Shown: positions 17,560 to 28,567, numbered from the whole stretch's first letter. The stretch: 59,963 nucleotides of DNA, filler included, from 5 parts of 5 records of this genome joined end to end with filler, not necessarily neighbours in it; one strand, 5' to 3'. The notes: generated by a model not told the origin, from the sequence alone. Numbers and translations are program-made.

Positions 17560-20334
17560 CTACGCCACCCGCCGCAGGGCAGGGCGCCGCAGCCGTGCCA
17601 GCGCCTGCACCTCGTGGCGCTTCAGGCAGGGCCGGGCGGTGCCGCCGAAGGCCGTCACATCGGCGCGCAGATGGGGCAGGGCGGCAAACAGCCCGTCGCG
17701 CGCGCGCGGGTCCAGAGCCGTCAGCCCCTCGTCTCCGACGAAGAAGCTTTCGGTCGGCATCCCCTCGGCCCAGATCACCTGATGCCGGTCGAGCGCGAGG
17801 TGGATGTAGGTGACCTCGCCGCCCTCCATGCGGGTCACGCCCGCGCCGTCGACCATGTGGCGGGCCGAGGCAAAGACCTCTTCCGCGCCGAACAACAGCT
17901 GCGCGTCGTAGCCCGTGAGCAGCATCCGGTGCTGCGGAGAGACCAGCAGGGGGCGCTTGCCGCCCAGAACCTCTGGCGCGATCCGCACCGGCGCCGCCGG
18001 TCCCGCCGCCAGCATCCGCCGCGCCCCGATCCAGCGCAGGGGCTGCAACCCGTCGTCGCGGGTCACGAGGCGGTCGCCCGCGCGCAGGCTTTCGACCGGG
18101 CGATAGCCGGTCTCGGTCAGGATGCGCGTCCCGGGGGTAAAACAGATTACCCGGTCGATGTTCGAGAAGGTGACGAGCGTGCCGTCCAGCAGTTGCACGG
18201 TGCCGGACTGCTCTCCACCCACGTTCGAGGTGATGGTGATCGTCGTGCGATCCGCCAGACCGTTCAGGTTCAGCGTGTCGCCGCCCGACTGGCCCCCGGT
18301 CAGACCGTCGATGAAGATGCCCCCGGCGCCGGTTTCGCCGGTGTCGACAAGGGTGATCGTGTCGTCGCCATCGCCGCCGATGATGGTGTCGCCGTTCGAG
18401 GCGAAGATGGCATCGTTGCCCGCGCCGCCGTCCACCGCATCGGCGCCCAGCCCGCCCGCCAGCCAGTCGTCGCCCTCGCCACCGTCCAGCAGATCGTCGC
18501 CGTCGCCGCCGTCGAGCGAATCCGCGCCCGCGCCGCCGGACATCACGTCGTTGCCGGTCCCGCCCAGCAGGGTGTCGTCACCGATGCCTCCGTCCAGCGT
18601 GTCGTCGCCGTCGCCGCCGATCAGGGAATCGTCGCCCTCTTCGCCGTACAGCGCGTCGGATCCGCCGCGCCCGTCCAGCGTATCGTTGCCAAGCCCGCCA
18701 TAGAAGACGTTGGTCCAGCTTGGCCCCTCGCCGTCGTAGCCTGCAAGGCTGTCGTCGAAATCGGATCCAATGATGCCGTCGTTGCCGCCGAGGTTGACGT
18801 CGCCCTCGGCGTGGCCGCCGGAAAAGGCGCCGGTCGCAAGGTCGACGTTCACCCCCGCGTCGGAAGAGGCATAGGACAGGAAGTCCATGCCCGCGCCACC
18901 GCTGAGGCTGTCGGCGCCCGCGCCGCCTTCGAGCGTGTCGTCGCCGTCGCCGCCCACGAGGCTGTCGGCGCCGATGCCTCCGGACAACGAATCCGCCCCG
19001 GTGCCGCCCTCCAGCGTGTCGTCGCCCTGTTCGCCGAACAGCGTGTCGTCACCCGCCCCGCCAAGGATCAGATCGTCGCCGCCCACAGGCACGGCGTCGA
19101 ACTGCACGTCCGTGACCCAGATCCCCTGCGTGCCGTTCAGTGCGTTGCCGTAGACGATCTCGATCCGCGAGACCGGCCCGGCGATATCCACCAGCACCGA
19201 TCCCCCGGCCTGGTTCGTGGCCTCGGCGACGTTGTTGGCGGTGACGGTGTTGCCCGAAACCGTGTCGCCGCCCGAGGGCGTCAGGACCACGGTCACCGGG
19301 TTGCCGGCGGCATCGAAGGCGTTGACCGTCACCACGTCGCGGTGGTTTCCGCTGCCCCAGTCGACGTCGTTGATCCGGAAAGAGACGTTCTCGACCTCGT
19401 CCGCCACGCTCGACCCGGCGCTGGCGGCGAAATTCATCGTCGTGCGCGAGGTGCTGCCGTCGCCGTTGCCGAACAGGTAGAGAGAGGAGTTCTGGTTGTA
19501 GGTCTCGCCCGGCGCCCGGTACTGCGGGTCGTCGGTGTCGACCTGATAGGTCGGGGCGTTGTTGCCGGTGCTGGCGAAAGAGACCGAGACGTCGATCTCT
19601 CCGGTGTCCTGGGTGAAGCCCCCGGCGAGGTTGGTGCCGTTGCCGCCCTGCGCGTTCCAGTTCAGGTCCTGCGCGATGCGGGTCGCCGTGGTGCCGCCAA
19701 GGTCGCCGTAGACCAGATCGTTGCCGTCGCCCGCGTCGATGGTGTCGTTGCCCGCGCCGCCGTAGACGGTGTCGTTGCCCGCGCGCGCAGTGATGGAATC
19801 GTTCAGCCCCCAGGGGGAGCCATCGACCTGCTCGCCGTGGATGTCCTGATAGGCGAAATCGATCAGGTCGTCGCCCGCGGTGCCGTCGATGTCGCCGTCG
19901 GTGAAATCGGCGTAGGTGAAGGCGATGTCCCCGGCAGAGGCGTTGGGGTTGCTGTCATAGGCCAGCACGTCATAGGTCCGCCCGGGCACCAGCGGAATCT
20001 CGGACAAGGTATAAAGCCCGCCCGCCGCGCCGCCCTCGACATCCAGTTCCGCGACCTGAAAGACCTGCCCGGTGACCGTGTCTCGCAGGGTCCAGACCCG
20101 CTCGGCATCCATGTTGACGTTGGTCGACGTGCCGGCGCTCGTGGTGGCGTTGCCAAAGGCGCTTTCCGCACCGGCGTTGTCATCGTCGAGCGTCAGCCCG
20201 CCGATGCCTGCCTCGTTGTCGGTGATGGTGGCTGTGCCGCCGTAGGTGGCGGGACCCGTCCAGGCAAAGGAACCGCCCGTGGGAATGGTTCCCCACGGGC
20301 CGAAGTCGTAGAACTCGACAGTATAGACGGGCAT
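17560..20334 (-). CDS. RTX/hemolysin-type Ca-binding repeat protein with C-terminal Hint (BIL-type) domain
   Basis: Many GGxGxDxL nonapeptides; VICFTPGTRILT, LLVSPQHRML, YIHLALDRHQVIWAEG Hint motifs. Confidence 0.9.
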   Translation of the reverse strand: MPVYTVEFYDFGPWGTIPTGGSFAWTGPATYGGTATITDNEAGIGGLTLDDDNAGAESAFGNATTSAGTSTNVNMDAERVWTLRDTVTGQVFQVAELDVEGGAAGGLYTLSEIPLVPGRTYDVLAYDSNPNASAGDIAFTYADFTDGDIDGTAGDDLIDFAYQDIHGEQVDGSPWGLNDSITARAGNDTVYGGAGNDTIDAGDGNDLVYGDLGGTTATRIAQDLNWNAQGGNGTNLAGGFTQDTGEIDVSVSFASTGNNAPTYQVDTDDPQYRAPGETYNQNSSLYLFGNGDGSTSRTTMNFAASAGSSVADEVENVSFRINDVDWGSGNHRDVVTVNAFDAAGNPVTVVLTPSGGDTVSGNTVTANNVAEATNQAGGSVLVDIAGPVSRIEIVYGNALNGTQGIWVTDVQFDAVPVGGDDLILGGAGDDTLFGEQGDDTLEGGTGADSLSGGIGADSLVGGDGDDTLEGGAGADSLSGGAGMDFLSYASSDAGVNVDLATGAFSGGHAEGDVNLGGNDGIIGSDFDDSLAGYDGEGPSWTNVFYGGLGNDTLDGRGGSDALYGEEGDDSLIGGDGDDTLDGGIGDDTLLGGTGNDVMSGGAGADSLDGGDGDDLLDGGEGDDWLAGGLGADAVDGGAGNDAIFASNGDTIIGGDGDDTITLVDTGETGAGGIFIDGLTGGQSGGDTLNLNGLADRTTITITSNVGGEQSGTVQLLDGTLVTFSNIDRVICFTPGTRILTETGYRPVESLRAGDRLVTRDDGLQPLRWIGARRMLAAGPAAPVRIAPEVLGGKRPLLVSPQHRMLLTGYDAQLLFGAEEVFASARHMVDGAGVTRMEGGEVTYIHLALDRHQVIWAEGMPTESFFVGDEGLTALDPRARDGLFAALPHLRADVTAFGGTARPCLKRHEVQALARLRRPALRRVA

Positions 20335-20558
20335 TTGCCTCTGTCCCCGCTCTGTCTGCCTTCGGTGCCCTTGTGGGTCTTTCCGAAGGGGGTGCCCGCG
20401 TTGGGGCGGTGCTCGATGGTCTTGCCGTCACCGCTCTTCCCGGCGGCGTTTCCAATTTGATTACAATTGGATTGGGGAATTTTTGTGCGCCAAATGTGGC
20501 TTTTTTCGGGCAACGGCGATTTCTGGAAACAATTCTGCCGGAACCGAGGGCGAACCCT

Positions 20559-20652
20559 CTCTTCTTAGGTCCAGAAATACCTTGGAGGGCGAGCGTAGCG
20601 AGCGGGTAGCAAAGCCTCCCCGGCCGGTCGCCCGGGCCGCAGGCCGGGCGAC
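20559..20652. repeat. REP-like palindromic intergenic element
   Basis: cttcttaggtccagaaataccttggagg...gcctcc followed by hairpin gtcgcccgg...ccgggcgac; resembles 47156-47217. Confidence 0.5.
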
Positions 20653-20663
20653 ACCAACATGCC

Positions 20664-22904
20664 TCAGACGTAGAAGTCGAAGTGCTTCTTCAGCGGCAGC
20701 TCCCGCACCCGCTTGCCGGTCAGGTCGAACAGGGCGTTGGCCAGCGCGGGCGCGGCGGGGGGCGTGCCGACCTCACCGATGCCGTTCAGCCGCTCCTGGT
20801 TCTGCAGGACGCGCACCTCGACGGGGGGCATCTGCGCCATGCGCAGCGCCGTGTAGTCGGGGAAGTTGGTCTGCTCGACCCGGCCGCCGGCAAAGGTGAT
20901 CTCTTCGCCGATGGCCGCCGAGAGGCCGTAGGCCATGGCCCCGGTCAGCTGCGCCTCGATGTTGCCGGGGTCCAGCGCCACGCCGGGATCGGCGGCGATC
21001 CACGCGTTCGTCAGGCGGATCAGCCCGTCCTGATCCTGCACCTCGATCACCATGGCGGTGGGCGTGCCGAAGCTGTAGACCATCGCCAGCCCGCGCCCGG
21101 TGCCCTCGGGCGTCTTTCCGGTCCAGCCCGACATCTCCTTGACCGCCTCCAGCACCTGCCACGCGGGCAGCCACTCGTCGCGGGTCAGCGCCATCCGCAA
21201 CTCCAGCGGGTCACGACCGGCGGCATGGGCCATCTCGTCCATGAAGCTTTCGTGGAAGAAGCCGTTGAAGCTCGCCCCCACGGAGCGCCAGAAGCCCAGA
21301 GGCGGCGCGATATCGGCGCGCCAGCCGCGCACGCGGTAGTTCTTCAGCCCGTAAGGCTGGTTGAACAGCGCATCGACGATCGTCACATCCGGCCCGCCCG
21401 GCGCGAAGCCGATCCAGCGGTCCATGGCCTGTCCCATGATCGAGGGCGCGGCCACCTGCGCGTCGATCATGACGATTTCGCCGTCCTGCACCGCGCCCTT
21501 CATGCGTGCCTGTGCGGGCGGGCGGTAGAAATCATGCGTCATGTCCTCTTCGCGCGACCACGTGACGTTGACCGGCGTGCCGGGCACCGCCTTGGCGACG
21601 CGGGTCGCGAGCACGGCATAGTCCAGCTCTCCGCGCCGCCCAAAGCCGCCGCCCATCAGCGTGACGTTGACCTCGACATCCTCTTCCGCCACGCCCGCCT
21701 CTTCGGCGCAGCGCGCCTGCAGGAAGGTCGGCCCCTGATTGCCGCACCAGATCCGCAGCTTGTCGCCGTCGAACCAGGCGGTGGCGTTCATCGGCTCCAT
21801 CGTCGCATGGGCGAGGAAGGGGACGCGATAGGTCGCCTCGACCACCTCGGCGCTGTCCGGGATCAGCGTCACGATGCCGTCGTCGCGGTGGGTGCTGTCG
21901 GGGTCCTCGTTGTCGAAGGCGGCGTCCAGCGCGGCCAGCATCTCTGCGGTGGTCTCGGGGTAGCTGGAGGGCTCCCACTCCACCTCGACCGCCTCGACGG
22001 CGCGCTGCGCCAGCCAAGTGTTCGTGGCGATGGCGGCGATGCCGTCCCCCATGTCGACGATCTTCTCTACGCCGGGCATACGCTCCGCCTCGAAGGCGTC
22101 GAAGCGTTTCATGCCGGCCCGCGTCGGCGCCATGCGGACAGCGGCGAAGAGCATCCCCGGCAGGCGCGTGTCGATGCCGAACTGCGCGGTGCCGGTGACC
22201 TTTGCGGGCACGTCGATGCGCGGCTGCGTCTTGCCCAGAAGGCGCCAGTCCGACGGATCGCGCAGCTGCACGCTGGGTGGATCGACCTCCGCCGCCTCGG
22301 CGGCCAGCTCGGTATAGGGGATAGAGGTCCCGTCGGCGGCGATCACCGCGCCGCGCTCTGTCCGCAGCGTTTCTATATCCACGCCAAGCCGGTTCGCGGC
22401 GGCGGTCTTGAGCATCTCGCGCGTGGCGGCCCCCGTCACCCGCAGCCGCTCGAACCCGTCCTTCATGGCGGTCGAGCCGCCGGTGACCTGCATCTTCAGC
22501 ACCTTGCCCATCTTCGCCACGACCTGCCCGAGGTTGTGCTGAAACCCCGAGGCGTCATAGCCCTTCGACGGCACCGCCTCGGCCAGCATGGCGGTGTTGT
22601 AATAGGCGGCGGCAGGCGGGCCGTGGATCACCCGCACCTGATCGAGGTCGAGGTCCATTTCCTCGGCCAAGAGCGCGGCCCATGTCGTCTGCGTGCCCTG
22701 ACCCATCTCGGCGCGCGGCGCGATCAGCGTCACACCCTCGCCGTCGATCAGCACGAAGGGGTTCAGCGTGGCCTCGCCGTCGCCCGGCTTCAGAGGGTTG
22801 GGCGCGGGCTTCATCACGTACCACGCGCCGAAGGCCGCGCCCCCGGCGACGGCGGCGACCCCGATCAGAAAGGTGCGGCGGGCGATCTTGCCGATGCTGG
22901 CCAT
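20664..22904 (-). CDS. iorB: Xanthine dehydrogenase-family molybdopterin subunit (isoquinoline 1-oxidoreductase beta-like)
   Basis: Tat-like RRTFL; EMGQG, TGGS, HATMEPMNA, GGGFGRR, WRSVG, GIGEVGTP motifs. Confidence 0.88.
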   Translation of the reverse strand: MASIGKIARRTFLIGVAAVAGGAAFGAWYVMKPAPNPLKPGDGEATLNPFVLIDGEGVTLIAPRAEMGQGTQTTWAALLAEEMDLDLDQVRVIHGPPAAAYYNTAMLAEAVPSKGYDASGFQHNLGQVVAKMGKVLKMQVTGGSTAMKDGFERLRVTGAATREMLKTAAANRLGVDIETLRTERGAVIAADGTSIPYTELAAEAAEVDPPSVQLRDPSDWRLLGKTQPRIDVPAKVTGTAQFGIDTRLPGMLFAAVRMAPTRAGMKRFDAFEAERMPGVEKIVDMGDGIAAIATNTWLAQRAVEAVEVEWEPSSYPETTAEMLAALDAAFDNEDPDSTHRDDGIVTLIPDSAEVVEATYRVPFLAHATMEPMNATAWFDGDKLRIWCGNQGPTFLQARCAEEAGVAEEDVEVNVTLMGGGFGRRGELDYAVLATRVAKAVPGTPVNVTWSREEDMTHDFYRPPAQARMKGAVQDGEIVMIDAQVAAPSIMGQAMDRWIGFAPGGPDVTIVDALFNQPYGLKNYRVRGWRADIAPPLGFWRSVGASFNGFFHESFMDEMAHAAGRDPLELRMALTRDEWLPAWQVLEAVKEMSGWTGKTPEGTGRGLAMVYSFGTPTAMVIEVQDQDGLIRLTNAWIAADPGVALDPGNIEAQLTGAMAYGLSAAIGEEITFAGGRVEQTNFPDYTALRMAQMPPVEVRVLQNQERLNGIGEVGTPPAAPALANALFDLTGKRVRELPLKKHFDFYV

Positions 22905-22907
22905 GGC

Positions 22908-23363
22908 TCAGACCTCCCCCGAGGCGGATTTGATGGCGGCGCGGATGCGCGGATAGGTCCCGCAGCGGCAGAGGTTGCCGGACATGGCGGCGTCGATCTC
23001 GTCGTCGCTGGGGTTCGGGACCTCGGCGAGCAGGGCGGCGGCCTGCATGATCTGGCCCGACTGGCAATAGCCGCATTGCGGCACCTGATGTGCGATCCAT
23101 GCCTCTTGCAGGCGGTGCAGGGCATCGGGCTGGCCCAGACCCTCGATGGTCGTCACATCGCCCCAGACGTCGGACAGCGGCACCTGACAGGACCGCACCG
23201 CCTCACCGTCGATCTGCACGGTGCAGGCCCCGCAGGAGGCGACGCCGCAGCCGTATTTCGTGCCGGTCAGGTTCAGCGCATCGCGCAGCACCCAAAGCAG
23301 GGGGACGTCTCCGGGCAGGTCGACCTCATGGCTCTGCCCGTTGACGGTAAGGATGGTGGTCAT
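22908..23363 (-). CDS. iorA: (2Fe-2S)-binding small subunit (isoquinoline 1-oxidoreductase alpha-like)
   Basis: [32 protein letters not shown]. Confidence 0.92.
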   Translation of the reverse strand: MTTILTVNGQSHEVDLPGDVPLLWVLRDALNLTGTKYGCGVASCGACTVQIDGEAVRSCQVPLSDVWGDVTTIEGLGQPDALHRLQEAWIAHQVPQCGYCQSGQIMQAAALLAEVPNPSDDEIDAAMSGNLCRCGTYPRIRAAIKSASGEV

Positions 23364-23434
23364 GGAAGTCTCCGATCAGCGGTGCAGTCAGAATTGGTCC
23401 TCCGCCGGGCGGTGTCAATCAAGGCGGGGCGACG

Positions 23435-24439
23435 TCACCCGGCCCCGGACCAGAGGGCGACGCGGCGGTCCATGATCCGGCGCCAGAGCGGCGGCACCAG
23501 CGCGATACAGGCCATCACCGGCAGCGAATAGGGCAGCAGCGGCATGGCAGAGCGGTCGATCTCCAGCCCCGGATAGGGGCGCGCGGGGCGGGCGTGATGA
23601 TCCGAGTGGCGCGGCGCGTTCAGCATCAGCGCCGAAGACGCGCCCTGCGGGGCATTCCAGCTGTGCTGCGGGCCGACCGGCTCAAGCTTCCCGGGGGCGG
23701 TTTCGCGGCGCCTGAGGCCGTAGTGCTGCACGTAGTCCGACAGGAACAGCTGCGCCTGCGCATAGGCCGAGAACGCAAGCAGGGCGGCGAGGCCCGCAAG
23801 CCCGCCGATCACGGCGGCGATGGTCAGCGAGAGCGCGGCACCGCCCGCGTACCAGAGGTACGGATGAACCCCGCGTCCCTGCCGCAGGCGGCTTTCGGCA
23901 CGGTAGCCCTCGCGCAGCGAGCCCGCCCATGCCCGCGCCGCAAAGGCGTACCACGTCTCGCCCGGGCGCGCCGAATTGGGGTCGCGGTCGGTGGCGGCGT
24001 GGATGTGATGCACCCTCACATGGGCCGAGGCATGGTGCCCGAAGAGCACCGAGGCATAGGCCGCGACCCCCAGCCTGCGCGGCCAGCGCCCGGCGCGGTG
24101 AATCAACTCATGCGCGTTGGAATTGCTGACTTGCCCAAGAAACAGCGACAGCGCGAGGAAGATCAGCAGCTTGTCCAGCCATGGCGCACCCGAGGCCAGC
24201 ACCGCGACCCCGCCGTAGAGCAGGGGGAAGTGCACCAGACCCAGAGCGACGGACAGCCCGCCGCCCGCCGGGAACTCTGCCCCCGGGGCGTCGGGCGCGG
24301 CCAGCGCGGCGATCTTGTCCAGCGCCCAGACGCCCACCGTGATGCAGGCCAGCGCCAGCGCCGGAAAGGGCCCGCCCGCCACCATGGCCAGCGCCAGAAG
24401 CGCCGCCATGCCAAGGGTCGCAAGCGCGAAACGGATCAT
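23435..24439 (-). CDS. alkB: Alkane 1-monooxygenase (AlkB family)
   Basis: His boxes AHELIHR, HVRVHH, DYVQHYGL, RHSDHHA; start at MIRFALA (24439). Confidence 0.85.
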   Translation of the reverse strand: MIRFALATLGMAALLALAMVAGGPFPALALACITVGVWALDKIAALAAPDAPGAEFPAGGGLSVALGLVHFPLLYGGVAVLASGAPWLDKLLIFLALSLFLGQVSNSNAHELIHRAGRWPRRLGVAAYASVLFGHHASAHVRVHHIHAATDRDPNSARPGETWYAFAARAWAGSLREGYRAESRLRQGRGVHPYLWYAGGAALSLTIAAVIGGLAGLAALLAFSAYAQAQLFLSDYVQHYGLRRRETAPGKLEPVGPQHSWNAPQGASSALMLNAPRHSDHHARPARPYPGLEIDRSAMPLLPYSLPVMACIALVPPLWRRIMDRRVALWSGAG

Positions 24440-24616
24440 GACATCCCCTAAAGTCTCTCTTCCGGGCCACCCTCGCACCCTGTATCGGAACATTCCGTCA
24501 CCAATCGGGCAAAACGACGGTATGTCACGGCGCCGGTTCCGGACAAGGCGTCGTTTTCCGGCTGCTGTCCGTGACGCGCGGGCGCTACGGTGTCCGCAAC
24601 GCAAGGGGAGGTGCGC

Positions 24617-25051
24617 ATGGCGCTGGACGAACGCAAGGGTGTGTGGAAATCGGGGCGCGGCAAGGGGCGGCACACGCCCAAGGGCCGCCAGCTGGACGAA
24701 CAGGCCTGGACCGAGGTGCGCGACCTTCTGGGCGACGCGCCGCGCCGCCGCGACCTGCTGATCGAGCATTTGCACCTGATCCAGGACCGCTTCGGCCACC
24801 TTTCGGCGGCCCATCTGCGCGCGCTGGCCGAAGAGATGCGCCTGTCGATGGCCGAGGTCTACGAGGTCGCGACCTTCTATGCCCATTTCGACGTGGTGCG
24901 CGAGGATGAGACGCCGCCGCCCGCGCTGACGATCCGCGTCTGCGATTCCCTCTCCTGCGAGATGGCGGGGGCCGAGGCGCTGATGCAGGCCCTGCACGAG
25001 GGGTTGGACCCGGCGGAGGTGCGCGTGCTGCGCGCGCCCTGCATGGGCCGC
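24617..25051 (+). CDS. NuoE/NuoF-like NAD(P)H-dependent oxidoreductase (formate dehydrogenase beta-type), 3' truncated
   Basis: LLIEHLHLIQD, EVYEVATFYAHF, VCDSLSC, APCMGR; GGAGGT RBS. Confidence 0.8.
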
Positions 25052-25151
25052 NNNNNNNNNNNNNNNNNNNNNNNNNNNNNNNNNNNNNNNNNNNNTTAAT
25101 TAATTAANNNNNNNNNNNNNNNNNNNNNNNNNNNNNNNNNNNNNNNNNNNN
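25052..25151. other. Artificial contig linker
   Basis: N44-TTAATTAATTAA-N44. Confidence 0.98.
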
Positions 25152-25152
25152 C

Positions 25153-26829
25153 AAGATCCTGACGGAACGCCGCGACCGCATCCGCACCCTGCGAATGAAA
25201 GATGGCCTGAGCGGTTTCACCAAACGCTCTGAATCGCCATACGACCCCTTTGGCGCGGCGCATAGTTCGACCTCGATCAGCGCGGCGCTGGGTTTTGCCG
25301 TGGCACGTGATCTGGGCGGCAACGTCCCCGAAGGCCTGGGCGACGCAATTGCCGTGATCGGCGACGGGTCAATGTCCGCAGGCATGGCGTTTGAGGCCAT
25401 GAACAACGCCGGGCATCTGAAAAAACGCCTGATCGTGATCCTGAACGACAACGAGATGAGCATCGCCCCACCCGTTGGCGCGCTGTCCTCCTACCTGTCC
25501 CGGCTCTATGCCGAGGAACCATTCCAAGAATTCAAAGCCGCCGCCAAAGGCGCGGTGTCGCTGTTGCCGGAACCCTTCCGCGAAGGTGCAAAACGCGCCA
25601 AAGAAATGCTCAAAGGCATGGCCGTTGGCGGCACCATGTTCGAAGAGCTGGGCTTTTCCTATCTCGGCCCCATTGACGGGCATGACATGGACCAACTGCT
25701 GCCCGTTCTGCGCACGGTCAAAGCCCGCGCAACCGGCCCGATCCTGATCCATGTTCTGACCAAAAAGGGCAAAGGCTACGCCCCCGCCGAACGCGCCATG
25801 GACAAGGGCCACGCCACCGCCAAGTTCGACATGGTGACTGGAAAACAGCACAAAGCGCCCTCAAACGCGCCCAGCTATACTTCGGTCTTTGGCAACGCGC
25901 TGGTCGATCAGGCCGCACGCGATGACAAAGTCGTTGCGGTCACCGCTGCGATGCCCGACGGCACCGGGTTGAACCTGTTTGCAGAACGCTATCCGTCACG
26001 CTGTTTCGATGTCGGCATTGCCGAACAACACGGCGTGACCTTTTGTGCGGCGTTGGCCGCGGGTGGCATGAAACCGTTCTGCACGATGTATTCGACGTTC
26101 CTGCAGCGCGGCTATGATCAGGTCGTCCACGATGTCGCGATCCAACGCCTGCCGGTTCGCTTTGCCATCGACCGCGCTGGTCTGGTCGGTGCCGATGGCG
26201 CCACCCACGCCGGCAGCTTTGACGTCGCCTTTATGGCCAACCTGCCCGGGATGGTGGTGATGGCCGCCGCGGATGAGGCCGATCTGGTCCATATGGTTGC
26301 CACCGCCGTCGCCCACGATGACGGCCCAATCGCATTCCGCTATCCCCGTGGCGAAGGCGTCGGTGTGGACCTGCCCGACCAAGGCGTGCCGCTGGAAATC
26401 GGCAAAGGTCGGATGATCCAAACCGGCGCACGTGTGGCGCTGCTATCCTTTGGCACCCGCCTCTCCGAGGTGCAAAAAGCTGCCGAAGCGCTGGCCGCCA
26501 AAGGCATCACCCCCACCATCGCAGATGCACGCTTTGCCAAGCCGCTGGATCGCGACATGATCCTGCAACTGGCCGCAGATCACGAGGCACTTATCACCAT
26601 CGAAGAAGGCGCTGTTGGTGGATTCGGCAGCCACGTGGCGCAATTGCTCGCGGACGAAGGCGTCTTTGACTCCGGCCTGAAGTACCGATCCATGGTGCTG
26701 CCCGATACCTTTATCGATCAGGCCAACCCCGCCGACATGTACCGCGTTGCAGGCATGAACGCCGAACAGATCGAAGCCAAAGTGCTCGAGGTTCTGGGCG
26801 TTGCCACCATCGGGGAAAAACGAGCTTAA
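25153..26829 (+). CDS. dxs: 1-deoxy-D-xylulose-5-phosphate synthase (5' truncated)
   Basis: [54 protein letters not shown]. Confidence 0.96.
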   Translation, partial: KILTERRDRIRTLRMKDGLSGFTKRSESPYDPFGAAHSSTSISAALGFAVARDLGGNVPEGLGDAIAVIGDGSMSAGMAFEAMNNAGHLKKRLIVILNDNEMSIAPPVGALSSYLSRLYAEEPFQEFKAAAKGAVSLLPEPFREGAKRAKEMLKGMAVGGTMFEELGFSYLGPIDGHDMDQLLPVLRTVKARATGPILIHVLTKKGKGYAPAERAMDKGHATAKFDMVTGKQHKAPSNAPSYTSVFGNALVDQAARDDKVVAVTAAMPDGTGLNLFAERYPSRCFDVGIAEQHGVTFCAALAAGGMKPFCTMYSTFLQRGYDQVVHDVAIQRLPVRFAIDRAGLVGADGATHAGSFDVAFMANLPGMVVMAAADEADLVHMVATAVAHDDGPIAFRYPRGEGVGVDLPDQGVPLEIGKGRMIQTGARVALLSFGTRLSEVQKAAEALAAKGITPTIADARFAKPLDRDMILQLAADHEALITIEEGAVGGFGSHVAQLLADEGVFDSGLKYRSMVLPDTFIDQANPADMYRVAGMNAEQIEAKVLEVLGVATIGEKRA

Positions 26830-26868
26830 GGTTGGCCGAAGCGCATCAGGCGCTTCCGCCCACTCCCT

Positions 26869-27714
26869 CTAATCTTCCGTCACCAAGGCCTCTAACCCAA
26901 CCCGGTAGTTGGGAAAGATCAGCTTGACCCCCAACTCATCCTTGATCCGATCATTCCGCACGCGTTTGTTTTCATTGTAAAAACTACGCGCCATCGGGGT
27001 CATATCCGCCTCTTCAAACGGAACAGCGGGCGGTAAGGGCAAGCCCTGCAATTCAGCAGCATATCCGATCACATCCTGTGGTGGTACGGGTTCATCATCA
27101 CACACATTGTAAATCGCACCCGGATTTGGGTTGACCATCGATGCCGCCAGAACCTGCGCGATGTCTTCCACATGGATGCGCGAAAACACCTGACCCGGTT
27201 TGATGATCCGACGCAAACCGCCCCGGCTGAGTTTTGAGAACGGTCCACGTCCGGGGCCGTAGATCCCCGCCAGTCGAAAAATATGCAGCGGCAAGTCCGG
27301 AACCGCGCCCCATTGCTCCTCGGCCAACACGCGCCATTGCCCGCGCTTTGCGGTCGGGGCCGGGGGCGTTGTTTCATCCACCCATCCGCCTTGGTGATCG
27401 CCATACACCGCTGTGGTGGACAGATAGCCCACCCATTTGAACTGCCCCGCACGGGCCGCGATTTCATCCCGCAACGCACTCAGAACCGGGTCGCCCTCGG
27501 CACTTGGCGCGGCCGAAATCAGGATGTGCGTCACCCCATCCAAGGGGGGCACCTCTCCGGGCCAGACCACCGCAGTGGCGCCAGATTTACGAATAAGGTC
27601 CACCTGCTCAACGTTGCGCGTTGTGCCGGTGATCTGCCACCCTTGCGGGACAAGGTGACGTGCAAGGGCGCGCGCCGAATAGCCGTGCCCAAAGGAAAGT
27701 AATGTGCCTGTCAT
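26869..27714 (-). CDS. NAD-dependent epimerase/dehydratase SDR (YeeZ-like)
   Basis: FGHGYSA, YLSTTAVYGD, RLAGIYGPGR, SRIHVEDI; GGAGG RBS before ATG 27714. Confidence 0.85.
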   Translation of the reverse strand: MTGTLLSFGHGYSARALARHLVPQGWQITGTTRNVEQVDLIRKSGATAVVWPGEVPPLDGVTHILISAAPSAEGDPVLSALRDEIAARAGQFKWVGYLSTTAVYGDHQGGWVDETTPPAPTAKRGQWRVLAEEQWGAVPDLPLHIFRLAGIYGPGRGPFSKLSRGGLRRIIKPGQVFSRIHVEDIAQVLAASMVNPNPGAIYNVCDDEPVPPQDVIGYAAELQGLPLPPAVPFEEADMTPMARSFYNENKRVRNDRIKDELGVKLIFPNYRVGLEALVTED

Positions 27715-27797
27715 GCCTCCTTGATGGTCCCCCCCTGCCCCAGATGCAAGCAAAGGATAGGCTTGATTCGAATCCCCGGATGCGCCTTGATTAAAAG

Positions 27798-28430
27798 ATG
27801 AGCAAAACACCACCTAACCTGAACGCCGCCTACGGGCTGCAATCGACCGACGACAACAAACAGCTTTATGCTGAATGGGCCGGCGATTACGATGACAGCT
27901 TTGCCGCGCGCGAAGATTATCAACTGCCCGCCCTGACCGCCCGCGCCTTTGTCGGGGCTGGAGGCCAAGGGCCGGTGTTGGACGTTGGCGCCGGAACCGG
28001 GCTCTGCGGCGCGGTTCTCAGCGGCTTGGGTGTTGGTCCCATTGACGCCATCGATATCAGCGCCGAAATGCTGGATCAGGCAATGCGCAAAGACATCTAT
28101 CGTGATGCGATCGAGGCGGATCTGAACGACGGCATCCCCGTCCCCCGCGAAAGCTATTCCGGCATCGTGTCCTCGGGCACCTTTACCCACGGCCATGTCG
28201 GTCCCGAGGCGTTGAACGCCCTGCTGCGCGTCGCCCGGCATGGGGCGCAATTCGCCATCTCGATCAACGCAACGCACTATGAAACCATGGGCTTTGATGC
28301 GGTCCTAAAGGGGTTCGAGGCTTCGCGCATTCACAACCTGACCTTGACCAAGATCCGTATCTATGGCGATCTCGCAGTGGGTCCAAACAAGGACGACCAA
28401 GCCATTATCGCCCTCTTCGAAAAGGCATGA
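27798..28430 (+). CDS. Class I SAM-dependent methyltransferase
   Basis: VLDVGAGTGL, IDISAEML, GTFTHGHV. Confidence 0.88.
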   Translation: MSKTPPNLNAAYGLQSTDDNKQLYAEWAGDYDDSFAAREDYQLPALTARAFVGAGGQGPVLDVGAGTGLCGAVLSGLGVGPIDAIDISAEMLDQAMRKDIYRDAIEADLNDGIPVPRESYSGIVSSGTFTHGHVGPEALNALLRVARHGAQFAISINATHYETMGFDAVLKGFEASRIHNLTLTKIRIYGDLAVGPNKDDQAIIALFEKA

Positions 28431-28567
28431 CTTTCGGCTTTCTGCGCCCAAGCGCCGACAGTCTATAAAGCTGTGCCCAGCACCAATCAGGATTGGATAC
28501 CGGGCAGGTTTCATGCGGTTATGTTCTGATCATCTGCTAGGGGCCTTTTGCACATCTGGCAGAACCC

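Noticed and set aside
17341-20460. 1039-aa plus-strand ORF
   Set aside because: Antisense shadow of the RTX-Hint gene in high-GC DNA; no recognisable motifs
20682-23531. 949-aa plus-strand ORF
   Set aside because: Antisense shadow of the iorB/iorA genes
24440-24997. N-terminal extension of the AlkB ORF to 520 aa
   Set aside because: Overlaps the divergent NuoE-like gene; the likely start is at 24439
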